The position numbers and the translations under genes were made by a program. The notes beneath the pieces are model-generated. The model was given only the letters and a program-made list of their open reading frames with translations, had not been told where the DNA came from and made no database searches. This document shows positions 34,013 through 49,354 of a stretch of 64,000 nt of DNA, one piece after another (positions within the stretch are counted from its first letter, which is position 1; each line of letters begins with the position of its first letter). The DNA is from the human T2T-CHM13v2.0 reference genome, Homo sapiens, in the NCBI RefSeq assembly GCF_009914755.1, contig NC_060947.1; one strand, 5' to 3'.

Positions 34013-35790
34013 TTTTTAAAAACAAGCTTTAATTTTGAAATGATTTTAAACTTATAGAAAAGTTGTGAGACTAGTACAAAGAACTCATTACTGACTGGGT
34101 GTGGTAGCTTATGCCTGCCATTCCAGCACTTTGGCAGGCTGAGGTGGGAGGATCACTTGAGGCCAGGAGTTTGAGACCAGCCTAGGCAACATAATGAGAC
34201 CACATCTCTACTAAAAATAAAATAAAATAAAAATTAGCCAGCTGTGGTGCCATGTGCCTGTAGCCCCAGCTACTCAGGAGGCTGAGGTGGGAGGATGGCT
34301 TGAGCCCAGGAGATAGAGGCTGCAGTGAGTTATGATTGCGCCGCTGCATCCCAGCCTGTGGCAGTGTGAGACACTGTCTCAAAACAAAGCAAAACAAAAC
34401 AAAACAAAAGGACTCTTTACCTCTTTAACCTTTCTGTGGATTCCCAATTGTTAACATTTTACCATATGTGTCTTATGGTTCTCTCTCTCCTGCTCTGTCT
34501 CTCTCACTATTATTTTTACCAAATCATTTGAAAGTAAGTTGCTGACCTGACGCTCCATTACCCCTAAATAGTTGAGTGTGTGTTTTCTAAAATTAAAGAC
34601 ACTGTCCTACAAAACCATAGTACACCAATGAGAATCAGGAAATTAGCATTTGACATTACCTAATCCATAGATTTTACTTAAATTTCCCTGATTGTCCAAA
34701 TAATTAATGCTCTTTGTAGTGAAAACAACAAACAAACAAACAAAAATCTTTGCCATCATCATCAACATCATCATCATCATCAACAACAACTTTATTTTTC
34801 CTGGTTTTCTTTCTCGTCCAGGATCCAATCCCAGACCATATGTTGCATGTAGTTGTGTTGTCTCTTTGGTCTACTGCAATCTGGAATAGTTACTCAGTCT
34901 TTCCTTGTTCCTTATGACCTTGACATTTTTGAAGAGTACAGGCCAAGTATTATATAGAATGTCCCTCAGTTTGGATTTGCTTGATATTCCCTCTGGAATA
35001 CCTTGGGAGTGATGTGTTCTCAGTACACCCTATCAGGTGGCATATAATATGGATTAATGTAATATGGAGTAATGATACGGAATAACGATAATGCTATCAT
35101 TACTGATAACATTAACTTTGATCACTTGATTAAAGTGTTATTTGTCAGATCTTTCCACTGTAACGTGAATTAGCAGGGCTTTTGTACTTATTAATTTATA
35201 AACAATTAATAAGTATCGGGGGAGGTATCTTGCGATTGTATAAATTTCTGTTCCTCATTAAACTTTCACCCACTAGTTTTAGCATCTATTGATACTTCCT
35301 GCCTGAATTAGTTGTTATCATTATGGTTGCCAAATTATGATTTTCTCATGCTATCGTTCCTTCTACATTTATTAGCTGGCGTTCTGCTCTAGGAAGGGCC
35401 TTCCCTTCTCTCCCATTTGTTTGCCTGTTTGTTTATATCGGCATGGGCTCATGAACTCCTATTCCATGGTTTATATACAATTCGTTGTTTATTTTGATGC
35501 TCATATCGTCCCAGACTTGGTCAGTGGCAGCCCCTTTTCTCATGGTCCCATCATTCTTTGAACACATCCTGACTTTCTTGGCAGCACCGGATGTTTCAGG
35601 TTCATCTTGAAACTTCACTGTCCCAGGGAATCAACCATTCCTCTTAAGAAACCTGGTTCCTTTCAGTGGACAATATTATTCAGAAACTAAGATCTGGGTG
35701 CTGGGTATGCTCATTGCCACCAGGGTGTCATTGCTTCTAGGCCCTCTCAGCGGACAGAACTAGGAAACAGATGGATGTATAATCATGCAC
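34013..35790 (-). mobile_element. Old L1M (L1MC/ME) 3' region
   Basis: ttatagaaaagttg...tagtacaaagaac...atgaccttgacatttttgaagagtacaggcc...taactttgatcacttgattaa...agaaactaagatctgggtgct. Confidence 0.75.
34093..34409 (+). mobile_element. AluJ
   Basis: Full dimer, (CAAAA)n tail. Confidence 0.9.
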
Positions 35791-35802
35791 ATGCACACAC
35801 GC

Positions 35803-36345
<543 letters not shown>

Positions 36346-39300
36346 CAGCTATCTATCTAAAACCGGGAATTCACACCAATTCTTGCCATTTGAATCCAAC
36401 AATCAGAGTTGATTCTTGCATGCCACTCTTCCATATTTACACTTCCCTCCCCACCCGTGCCAAGAAACCTGATTCTTATAATCCTCAACATATTTTTTTT
36501 TTGCTCAATTTCCCCATATGGCCACTAATCTCCTTGTCACAAAGGCCATCTCAGCTATTGCCCTATTGCACCTGCCAGCTGTACCTGCTGAAGCACCCTG
36601 TCCTGGCACTGCCAAAGGCTGGCTGTGCCAGTTGAGTTTGCCTGAACCCGACACCACCCTGCTCCATAACCTTGGCCTGCTCCCTCTGTCTAGCCCAGGC
36701 AAAGGGAGTGGCAAGGAGAAATTTGTGCCTTTTCTGAGCAATGAGCAGAGCACTGTGTGTGTGGCCATAGTGTCAGGAAAGGGTCGCAAGTGACATGAGA
36801 TGAGGAGAGAGCCCTGGGCTTTGTTTCCACGCTACCCCCCGCCCCCGGGAGAGTGAGGAGTTTGGACTGGGTCAGTGCTTCTCAGACTGTGGCTCACAGA
36901 CACCCAGAGGCTGCTGCTGACTACAGGGGAGGCTTGGGCAGATCCTGGAGAAGTAAGGAATCTGGATCAGTACCGGGCCCTGTGGGGACTGGAGCTATGA
37001 AGACTGTGAACTGGAGTGAGCAGATCAAATTCGCATTTGATTTAGCGGCTCTAGTGATCAAGTGAGTGTTCAATGGGGAGGTGGGAGCAGACAGAGGAGG
37101 GAAAAGACTGGAGGCAGAGACTCGTTAGGAGGAGGCTGTTGCGGGAGGCCAGGGAGGGGGAATGGGTGTAGGAACTATGGCAGGGGCAGAAGAGGAAACA
37201 AGCCACAGGATGGCCAAGGTCAGGGAACACCTCTCCATGCTGTGGCACTTAGAGACCAGCTGTCTGAAGTCAGGTTGGAGAGGCCTCAGGCAGAGACTGA
37301 GAGAGACTGGGAGAGAGCTGCTGGGGGAGGGGGAAGGCAGAGGGAGCTGAAGGGAGGGGTTTTTTGATGTGGAGGTGACAGTGGGATCTCAAAGAGAAGC
37401 CTCTGCACCGGGTAGATAAAGGTCCAGAATTCAGAAGAGGCACTGTACGGGGGAAAACTCATCAAGGTCAGAAGCAGGGAGCTCTCCAAGTGGCAGAGAA
37501 TGTGGGGCCCCTGGAGGAGACCTGGGTATTAGACAGTTGAGGTGGTGGGAGTGTGGGGCAGAAAAAGGAGGGCCAGGGCAGGAGGCAAAGGGAAGAGGGG
37601 GAAGGAAGGAGGGGAGACAAGCAAGAGCATGTCCTGAACAGCGGCTCACCCTGGCAGAGTAGGATCCACGGCTGGTCCTGGCCAGTGACCTGCTGGGATT
37701 GCTGGATTGACTGTTGGCTGTAAGCTCCAGCAAATGCTGGAATCACCTGGGAGATCATCCAGCATCTCCAACCTCCCCTACCTGAAGGAAGCCTGAGCTG
37801 GTCACCTGCTCATCCATATGGGCCCTATTCAACCCTATGGATGTCTCTAACAGTCTTTAAACACCCTCTCCTCCAGGCAGGCAGCCATGATTTGCAGGAA
37901 GCTCTGAGGATTCAGATGTTCCTGAAGGGTCGCATGTAATTCCCATCTCAAACTTTCCTTTCTACCGTTGACAATTTCAACAGGATTACCCACTTTCGTA
38001 TCACTGGACCCCAGTGGTGCGTGTCCCAATTTTCCTAAAGGGAGCACCCTACAGTGGCCCAGAATCAGTTACTGATGATGCCGCTCTATCTTAACTCCTA
38101 CCTAGGCAGTGAAGAGAAGATGAGGCCATTCCTGGAAGCAATGTAACAGTGTATGTCGACAGCAACAAGAATAGTCATGTCACCCATGAGCATATGTGAC
38201 ACTCTGTGGCAGGCCCTGACCCAGCCTGGTATGCCTTGGTGTCTTGGCTACTCTTCCAACCCGGTTCCCTCCTCTGTCTAGAGCCTGGAGCTGGCCCCTA
38301 ACTGCTCTGCCTCCGCCATCCTGTGAAGGCCCAGAACTCTAGTAGAGGTCTGCTTGCCTGCTTGGAGTGCTCATGACAGCTATGGCTGGAGCCTGAGCAG
38401 AGGGCTGGCCCCGAGAGCCTGGTCCTCTTTCTGGCTCCTGCATGGCACTATCCTCCAGGCTCCTCATCAGAAGCACCCAAAGCACCATAGGCTTCTTAAC
38501 CTAGCACATCTGGAGTGAGGCAGGGGACCCAGCACAACAGAGATCACAGGCCAGCCTTGGAAGCAACAGGCTGCCTCGGGTCCTGTTGGATTCATCTGGC
38601 TGGCTTCTTCATAAGTGTGTGCTTTATAGACCATTAGCAGTCAGTGATTATTTGTTGCTGACTTTGAAAGCTGTGTCATAACCCACTTAGCTTACTTGGG
38701 CAGTCAATTCGTTGATCTGTACAGCGTAGGGGTGGAGCTCAGGGTGTTCCCAGGCCCTGAGGAGAGCTGCAGGGGAGGGCCCAGCAGACAGGGCCAACTC
38801 TCACTGCGCCCGTCCTGAAGCCGGTGGTAATTATTGTCAATTTGATTCAACGCACATTTCCCAGCAGGCCCCCAGTGAGAGCCCCTGGACAGGTGCCACG
38901 GGGATACAAGGTGAAGCAGCAGCTCTGGCCCTGACCTTGGTTTGCTGTGGTTGCTCTGGTCTTGTATGCAACCTGGAGGCATGCTCACTATTCCAGTTAT
39001 GCTTCTCTCCACAGTCACTATGGCTGCCCTTGCTGGACTACCTGGCTGTCCTGATAAGCTGGGAAGCAGGCAGATGCAGTGGCCTGGGTGAAGAATATGG
39101 TGTTCACAAAGCCATGAGGAAGAAAGGTCGGTCCCCTAGGTTAAAAGGGGAACAGGATGGAGTTAGTTTTTTGTTTTTGTTTTTAAACAAAACACCTAGA
39201 GAGTGTTTCAAAAATACACACTCCTTTGACCAAGCCTTTAAATCTCACTGCCAGGTGACAGGAAATACAGGAGCTAGGCACATGTGTCTCTCTAGCAGCA

Positions 39301-39420
39301 GGGGAACACCTTTCATTCATTCATTCAGTCAGTCAGATACTCTTAAGTATTGACTGAGCATTTACTAAGCACTCAGATGCCAAGAATACATACAACCTTG
39401 AACAAGAAAACACAGCCTCA

Positions 39421-39771
<351 letters not shown>

Positions 39772-39943
39772 CTAGTGGGAAAGATCTACAAGCAGAGAAT
39801 GATAATATGGCCCAAGAGCTGCTGGGACAGAGGCACTCAGTGGGCATATAGCGGCAGGTCCCTCTTGGCCAAGGCTGACCCTGGGCAGCAGTAATCCCTA
39901 CCTGCTCTATAAAGAGGGAGGCAGACATGCAAATCAATGAGCT

Positions 39944-40118
39944 CAGTGGTTGGCAAACTTGAGTGTGCATCAACATCCCATGGAGGGCTCGTTCAAATGC
40001 AGATTCCTGGGTGTCAGACCAGAGTTTCTGATTCAATAGGTCTGGGATGGGGCCAGACCATTCATGTTTCTTACAAGTCCCCATGTGATGCTGATGCTGC
40101 TGGTCCGGGAACCACACC
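39944..40118. mobile_element. MER5A MITE
   Basis: cagtggttggcaaacttgagtgtgcatca...gtttctgattcaataggtctgggatggggcc...gatgctgatgctgctggtcc. Confidence 0.8.
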
Positions 40119-40255
40119 TCATCAGCTCCCCAGACTGTCAGGCCCTGGGACAGAAATCTGCACCAGAAGGGAAGCACCCCAAGGGGAAGGAGGACAGCAG
40201 GCTTGGGGAAGTAATGGGCTCAGCTGGGAAAGACTTGCACCTATAGAAAAGCAGC

Positions 40256-40734
40256 TGTATTAGCTCCCTATCACTGGTTGAACAAACTGCTACAAACTTC
40301 GTGGCTTTAAGCCACACACATACATTACCTTATAGCTCTGGAGGTCAGAAGTCTGAATGGGTTTCACCGGGCTAAAGTCAAGGCATTAGTCAGCAGGGCT
40401 GTGTTTCTTCTGGAGGCTCCAGGGAAGAATCTGTTCCTTTGTCTTTCCAGCTTGTAGAGGCCACTTGCAGTCTTCGGTTCACGGCTGCATTTCTGAACTC
40501 TGCTTGCCTGGTGTCACCACATCTTCTCTCTGACCCTCCTGCCTCCCTCTTCCCTATTTAAGTCCATTGTGACTAGTGTGGTCCCACCTGGATAAGACAG
40601 GACACTCTCCTCTTGTCAAGATCCTTAATCACATCTGCACAGACCTTTTTGTCATATAAGATCACATATATATTCATGGGTTCTGGGGATTGGGACACGG
40701 ACATCTTTTAGGAGACAGTATTCAGCTGTCCACA
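40256..40734 (-). mobile_element. MLT1 solo LTR
   Basis: tgtattag...ctctggaggtcagaagtctgaa...ggacacggacatcttt. Confidence 0.8.
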
Positions 40735-40769
40735 GCAACTGAGGTTAGGACCAAAGAGTAATAGCAGCT

Positions 40770-41000
40770 AATCTCAATGTGGCATCTAGTACGGGGCAGG
40801 CGCTGCCCTGAGGGTGTCACATCCACCCTCCCTGATTTTCACTGCAGCCCCCCGTAGTAGATCTTAGGGGCACCCCAGTTTTATGGCCAAGGAACCAAAC
40901 TTAGAGAGTTGAAGTGCCATGCCCAAGGTCATATTGCTAGTAAGTGATGGAGCTGGGCCAGTCTCTCTGGCCCCAGAGCCCATGTTTTTGGCCGTTGGTC
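40770..41000 (-). mobile_element. MIR
   Basis: ccccagttttatggccaaggaac...gcccaaggtcatattgctagtaagtg...gccccagagcccatg. Confidence 0.55.
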
Positions 41001-41558
41001 TGGACTCTACTGCTTCGGTAGTGCAGCTCAGGTTGGTAAGAAACTTCAATCTTCAAGACAAGTCCTTCTGGGCTTTCTTCTCTCCCTACTTCCCACCCTG
41101 CCTTCATCCAGACCCCACTCTCTGTATGCAGCACTTGGCTCCTTGCCCCTCAGTCTCCTTTCTGCCAGGGGACCCACTACTGACCATTTTATTGCCCTCA
41201 GTTCTTGTAGCCCAGAGGCCTTCACCTCTGCCCAGCTTCCAGATATCCCTCAGCAGGAAGGAGAAAAGACTCTCTGAAACCAGCAAGGGCTCCTGGGAGA
41301 CTGGTGCCTGTTCTTTCGCTTCAGGGAAAGGGGCAGAGTTGTGAGGATGGGGACTTCTGCTTCACTTCCACCTCCCCAGTCAACTCTAGCTGGTGATGTC
41401 TTGATGGGGGAAGGATGGTTAGCTAGTCTGCTTGGCCTGTTTGTTTTCTGGTTGGAGCTTTAGGAGTTTTAGGAGCTTTCTTATTCAAGGAGCTTCCTGG
41501 TTGGAGCTGGCAGCCTCCTACCCCTGCCTCCTACCCCTGTATGACCTTGGAGATGTTA

Positions 41559-41950
<392 letters not shown>

Positions 41951-42304
41951 AAACCACTTGCTAACTGTTCAGTACATTAATGAGTACATAGTGAGGAACA
42001 GGTAACTGGGAACCATTGTTCTGATTATTACTCGACCAGTAGCCTCTGCCACGGCTGCTAGGCTGCACAGGAGGCTGGCTCCATAGACCTCTTAGAAGCT
42101 TCTGGCTGTCGTAGCTTTGGACCCTGCCACAGTAATCCCCTTTTTCCTGGAAGGGAACTGAGAAAAGAGCTCAAGGCCCCACTTTTACCTCCATAACCCC
42201 CAAAGCTGTCTGGCTTTCACCTAAGCTCCCTTCTTTCCCTTCCTCCAGTTCAAAGCTGGCAGGCTTCATGGAGCTAAAGGGAAGAGCCCCTGGGGTACAC
42301 AAGC

Positions 42305-42306
<2 letters not shown>

Positions 42307-42354
<48 letters not shown>
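42307..42354. repeat. (GT)n microsatellite
   Basis: About 23 perfect GT units. Confidence 0.95.
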
Positions 42355-42355
<1 letters not shown>

Positions 42356-42401
42356 CAGGGTGACCAGGAATTGGCCAGTGGGGAGATGCTGGCCCACCTG
42401 G

Positions 42402-42497
42402 AGCCCAGGCTGGTTTTGAACGCCTGTGCTCAAGTGATCCTCCCACCTTGGCTTCACAAAGTGCTCATATTACAGGCATGAACCACCACATCCAGCC
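42402..42497 (-). mobile_element. Alu left-monomer fragment
   Basis: gcccaggctgg...ctcaagtgatcctcccaccttggc...caggcatgaaccacc. Confidence 0.8.
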
Positions 42498-42992
42498 TGC
42501 CTCTCTCCATCCCAAGCAACGCTGGACAACCCATGGAGGAATGGGGTGGGGAGGGGAGTGAGTCCCTTACCTCATCCCTCTTGACTATGGTCCATCTCAG
42601 CTACACTGATGATGAGAGAATTTCAGGGATCTGAATTTTCTCCATTAGGCTCAGTTCTCTGACCTGAGACTTTAGCACCTATTAACTGGCAAATGCCCCT
42701 GGGAAGGGTAATCAATCCATTCTTTATACTCACCTGTGATCTTGAAACCTGAGTGGGAGGTAGGGGGCAGGGCCAGAAGCTCTGTTACAGGAAATCCAGA
42801 TCCCCCCGCCCGGGGGAGAGTCATCTTTGGGTTTCTCATGTGTTAAAAGCAGATGCTGTCCTCTCGGAAGCCCCCTGGTCCCAGGATAGTATTCCTGGAT
42901 CATGAAAGAGGGACTACATTCGGGCATTCATGCCCCCGACATGGCATGTATCGGATTAACTCACTAGGTGCTCCTCAAGGGCAGAGTCTGGT

Positions 42993-43432
42993 CCTTGTTC
43001 TTGTAGCTACTGTGACAAATTGCCACAAACTTAGTGCCGAAAAATGACAGAAATTTATTCTCTCCTAGTTCTGGGGGCAGAAGTCCAAAATCAAGGTGTT
43101 GGGAGGACCTCATTTCCTCTGGAGCCTTTAGAACTGACTCCTTCCTGCCTCTCCCAGCTTTGGTGGCTCCATGCATTTCTTGGCTTGTGGCCACATCACT
43201 CCAATCTCTGCCTCCATCTTCACATGGTCCTCTCCTCTGTGTGTGTGTATGTCTCATCAAATCTCCCTGTTTATGGGGATACATATGATAGCATCTAGGG
43301 CCCACTTAGATAATCCAAGACAATCTCCCCATATCAAGGTCTTTAATTTAACCACATCCACAGTGACCTTTTTGTTACATACACTAGCATTCACAGGATT
43401 CAGGGATTAGAAGCCATTATTAGCCACCCCAC
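42993..43432 (-). mobile_element. MLT1 solo LTR
   Basis: ctgtgacaaattgccacaaacttagtg...gaagtccaaaatcaaggtgttgg...cacatcactccaatctctgcctcc. Confidence 0.85.
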
Positions 43433-43875
43433 AGCCCTCAAGTACCTAGCCTGGGACCCAGCTCACACGAGGTATTCCAGAAGATGTTTGTAGGCTAGCC
43501 GAATGAATTGTAGTTTGGACTCTAAACTCTAAACCCAGTAGCCTCCATGTGGATTCTAGGCCACCAAGAAAGGGTTTGTTTTGGAGTTAGTTGTGTACTT
43601 GTTCCTGTACTGGGGAAAGAAGATGTTACGATCAGTTGTGGACTGCAGGGGTAGAGACAGATAAGTCCAAGGTCAAGAGTACTGGGCTAGCTGGGTCCCT
43701 TAGTGCAAGTCCATTGCCCTCTCTGGACCTCAGTTTCTCTAAAATCAGATTCATAATCCCTGCCCTGCCTGCCTCCAGATACTAGAGCAATGACAGCGTG
43801 AAGGAGGGATGTCTAATATTGCACACATGCCAAGCATTATTAGAAATATTACTATAGAGCTTAAAAGGAGGAAGG

Positions 43876-44158
43876 GGCCAGGTGCAGTGGCTCATGCCTG
43901 TAATCCTAGCACTTTGGGAGACCAAGGTGGGTGGATCACTTGAACCCAGGAGTTTGAGACCAGCCTGGGCAACACGGTGATACCCCATCTCTACCAAAAA
44001 AGATATAAAAATTAGCTGGGCATGGTGGTGTGCACCTGTAGTCCCAGCTACTCGGGAGACTGAGGTGGGAGGATCTCTCGAGCCCAGGAGGTAGAGGTTA
44101 CAGTGAACCTAGATCATGTCTCTGCACTCCAGTTTGGTGACAGAGTGAGACCCTGTCT

Positions 44159-44190
<32 letters not shown>
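43876..44190 (+). mobile_element. AluJ
   Basis: Full dimer, ~31-nt poly-A. Confidence 0.9.
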
Positions 44191-44192
<2 letters not shown>

Positions 44193-44656
44193 AGAGGAAA
44201 GAGGGTAACGTTCAACTCAGAGAATCCCATCTCTAATAGTGGAATTTAGGTTTGTAGGAGAACTGCAGGAGCCTTTCAAGCCCTGTGGACTCCTCTAGCT
44301 GTCAGTATAGTGGCCCTAGCACTTCAGGCATGGCCCTTCAGAGCTCTCCTGCCGCCCTGAGTAGAGGGGCTAGAGTCGGGGGCTTCCTTGGATACACAGC
44401 CACAGCTCTGACCTGTTGCTGGCCTTCCCTCTGCTTCCCTACAACATGTGAGGCGAAGCACAGAAAGCCATGCCACTCCGTCTTGGCACAGAGATGAGGA
44501 GGGGCTGCCCACGGACTCCTGGGCCAGGGGTCCTTCCTCAGGGGCTGAGCACACCTGAGGCGCCGTGGCCCTGGAGAAGAAGAAATGCAGCGGTAAAGTC
44601 AGATAGTTTGGCAAGTGACACGAGATTGGCTCTTTGGCACCTCCTGGAATTCCTGG

Positions 44657-44663
44657 GTTTTTC

Positions 44664-44726
<63 letters not shown>

Positions 44727-45033
44727 CTCTCTTTTTTTTTTTTGAGATGGGGTCTCCCTCTGTCACCCAGACTGGAGTGCAGTGGTGTGATCACAGCTCA
44801 GCGCAGCCTCAAGCTCCTAGCCTCAGGTGATCCTGTCACCTCACCCTCCCGAGTAGCTGCGACTACAGGCATGCATCACCATGTCCGGCAATTTTTTTTT
44901 CATTTTTTTTTTTTTTTTTTTGTAGAAACAGGGTTTCCCCATGTTGCCCAGGCTGGTCTCCTGAGCTCAAGCAATCCTCCACCTCAACCTCCAAAAATCC
45001 TGGGATCACAGGCATGAGCTACCGCGCCCAGCC
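44657..45033 (-). mobile_element. AluJ with (TTTC)n tail
   Basis: Antisense dimer; tail expanded to a (TTTC)n STR at 44664-44725; TSD approx gaattc(c/t)tg. Confidence 0.9.
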
Positions 45034-46529
45034 CCAGAATTCTTGTTTTCTTTATTGTTCCCACCTTGCTCTCTCCTACGGAGAACCAGATGGCCTGAGA
45101 AGTCCAGGCTGGCCTACCCACCCTTGGATTGAGCTCTGGCTTCTGGCCCTCCCAGGACCTGTTCCTGTTTGCCCTTAGAGGTCCTCATCCTCCAGCCTGC
45201 TCCTGGGACCTCTCTGTGAGTTTCAATACCTGTGTCCTTTCTGCAAACCAGGGAAGAACAGAGCACAGCGGTGCTGGTGCACAGTTGTGCTGTGTGAACT
45301 TCACAGACATCAGGCAGTGTTTCGCCTGCTAGCCCCCTCTCACTGGGGACAGAATGGAGCATGCCTGCAGCAGCATGAGTGATGCTAAAAGCATTGGGCA
45401 GAGACAGGTCACTCAGTCCTTAAGAGCCAAATGGATAGCAGACACTGTCAGGCTTCCCTTTCCACCTGTTTCCAGCAGTTTTCCCATGGAGGGAGCATTG
45501 TCTCAGGAATGGCTTGGCTTTACTGGTGCCAGGGGCTATTCCCCAGTTGCCTTTGGGTCCTGCAGGTTTCCTTTGTGTGCAATCATCAGAAGCAAGTGGG
45601 GTTGATGTGAGGAGGGAGCACTGACTTCAGGGTTTCCAAAGTGCCAAGCCCCCAGAGCTCATTTGGTTCAAGGTCCCAGAAGCAGCCAGGGAGAAGAGAT
45701 GGGAACCCCCGAGGGCAGGCAGGCTGGAAAAGATGCTGAAGAGTGAGCAGGCAGGGATATGTTAGGATAGAAAAGGCTCCTGTGGAGTGGCTGGGGCCAA
45801 GGCTTCTAGTCTCCACTCTACCACTGGCCAGCCTGCGACCTTGGGTAAGTCACTTCCCCTCTGCTGGCCCTCACTTTCCCCATCTGAGCACGAAGGGTTA
45901 GGACATGACTTATTTGTTCATTCACTTTTGGGCCAAATAGGCACTAAGCGCCTGCTGTATTTCAGGTCTATTTCAGGCACTGGGGATGCAGAAAGAAACT
46001 GGACCACGCCCCGGGCCCCTAAGAGCAGGATGGAAGGGCAGAGGATAGAGGGGAGCAGAGGAAAGCAAGCCTGGCCTTGTGGGGACAGGAGACAAGGTTG
46101 CAGGAGCGGCACTAAGACTGGAGCTGGACTCTGAAGGCAGAGTAAGAGTGTAGAATGGCCAAGGACAAAAGGAAACGAATGCTGGCTTTTTTTTTTTTTT
46201 TTTTTTTTTTAGTGGTAAAATACACATAACAAGAAATTTAGCATTTCAAAGTGTAAAATTCAAGATATTTAGTACAGTTACAATGTTGTGCAATCATCAC
46301 CTCTATCTAGTTCCAGAACTTTTCCATTATCCCAAAAAGAGACCCTGTACCCATGAAGCAGTCACTTCCCATTCTCACTATCCCAGTTCCTGGCACCCAT
46401 TCATCTACTTTCCATCTCTATGGATTTCCCATTCTGTACATTTCGTAGAAATGGAATCAGACCATATTTGTCCTTTTGTGTGGCTTCTTTCACTTAGTGT
46501 AATGTTTCCAAGGCCTATCCATGTTGTAG

Positions 46530-47218
<689 letters not shown>

Positions 47219-48720
47219 CTACCTTTTGCTTATTCATTCACCTGTTGATAGACATTTCCATTGTTTCCACCTTTTGGTTATTGTGAATAATGCTGAATGA
47301 AATTTGTGTGCAGTTCCTGTTTTGATATACAACTCCTGAGTCCCTGTTTTCAGTTCTTTTGGGTATATACTCTGGAATGGAATTGCTGGGTCATATGGTA
47401 ATTCTATGTTCAACCTTTTGAGGAATCGAACTGTTTTCCATAGCAGCTGCGCCATTTTACATTCCCACCGGCAGTGTCTGAGGGTTCCTATGTTCCCGTA
47501 TCCTCCCCATCATTTGGTATTTGGATGTCAACTCGTGAAGGATAGGTTAAGGAGGATGAGTCTGAATGAGACCAGGAGAAGCAGCAGCCAGGGAGAGAGA
47601 AGGAAAATCTGGAAGCCAAGGAGACAGCAAGTGGTGAGCAGTATGAGCTGCTAGCAGGATGACTGGTCAGAGGGCTAGGTCTAGGGCAGGGGGCAGGGGC
47701 AGGGCCTGGCCAGGCACTTGAGGCTTGGGGGAAGATGAGGGCATGGCAAGGTGTGGACATGTAGCCAGCTGGGAGTGGGTAGAGTTGGTGTGTAGCAGTA
47801 GCTGGGGTGGTGAGGTGGGGAGGGCACATGTGTGGGAACCTGGGGTTCAAGATGGGGCTTTTGGCAGGGCTGGAGGACTTGCTGGCAGGAGAAGGGCAAT
47901 ACCCTCCTCTCTGGCTGGGGCTGGAGCATATGCCAAAGGCCAGAGGTCCAGCTGAGCTGACAGCTTTTTGAAAGAGAGACTGCCCCCAGGAAACCTGGTA
48001 AAAGCAGCACTGGGAGAGGCAGACCCAGGGCTTGGGGAAACTCAGGAATGCTGGAGAGGTGCCAGCACCCTCCTCACTGTGGAAATGAGGGGTTGGTTCA
48101 TAGCAGCGCCCTGTGCGCAGGGCCTCTGAAAACCCCAGGGCTCAGCTCAGTGCCTGGCTAATTGTGAGGACTCAATAAATGCATTTGGATGAAGGAATGA
48201 AAGCCTGTGAGGAACATGTGAGGTCATACATGAGATCCTGTGAGCTCAGGGACAGGTGGTGGTGGCAGCTGCTGAGGCCATGGACAGCCAGGGCAGCCCA
48301 AGAGACGAGAGGCTGGCAGGCCAAAGGGCTTAAGGGTCACTCCCGGCTATGTCCTTCTGCCCCTTTTCCTTGGCCCATTCCTCAATATTTGAGGCAAAGG
48401 GCTCGGAAAGACCCACAGTGAGGGTAAAGTTTCGAAGCAGCCCTTTGACAGTGGCCAAGCACTGAGGCCTGAGCCCAGCTGGCAGGGCCTATGCCTGACT
48501 CCACTCTGTGGCCCCAAGGCCAGTGGGGCTTGGTGCAGTTGGGTGCCCAGTGGCCCAGTGAGTAGTGGAAGGTCTGATTGGCATGGTAGGCAACCCATGG
48601 CACTGGGGTCTCTGAATGCCTTGCCAATCTCCCCAGCCTGGCTGATGGTTTGCTGAAAACAGGAGAGGCTGGACTTCCAGAACTGAAAGGTAAGAGGGAG
48701 AATGCAAGGTGGGGTGGAAA

Positions 48721-49020
<300 letters not shown>

Positions 49021-49354
49021 GAAAAAGTGAAGCTAGTCTCAGAAAACACAAAAACAGACAAGATGGGGCGGTAGGGGTAGGGGTAAAGTGGGGGCTGATA
49101 GTGTCAGGGCCATCCCCCTGTACTGCTTCTTTTTCAAAAAGCATATCACCCTTTCCAAAGCCCTTCCCATGTCCTCTCCTCATTCACAGGAGCCCCCAGG
49201 GCCCCAGCTTCCCGCTCCCCATGCACTGAGCCATCCCCCACTACCTGCTGTGGCTGGGGCACCAGAGGCTCTTCCGCTTCACCCAGCTGCCTCCCTGCAG
49301 GGTCCCTCTTGGAGGAGCCACCTTCAGTCATTCGTTCTCCAAGCCTATTGCCCA

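Noticed and set aside
39905-39940. TATAAA and octamer ATGCAAAT close together
   Set aside because: Arrangement does not match snRNA or Ig promoters, it lies between old repeats, and no downstream gene is evident.
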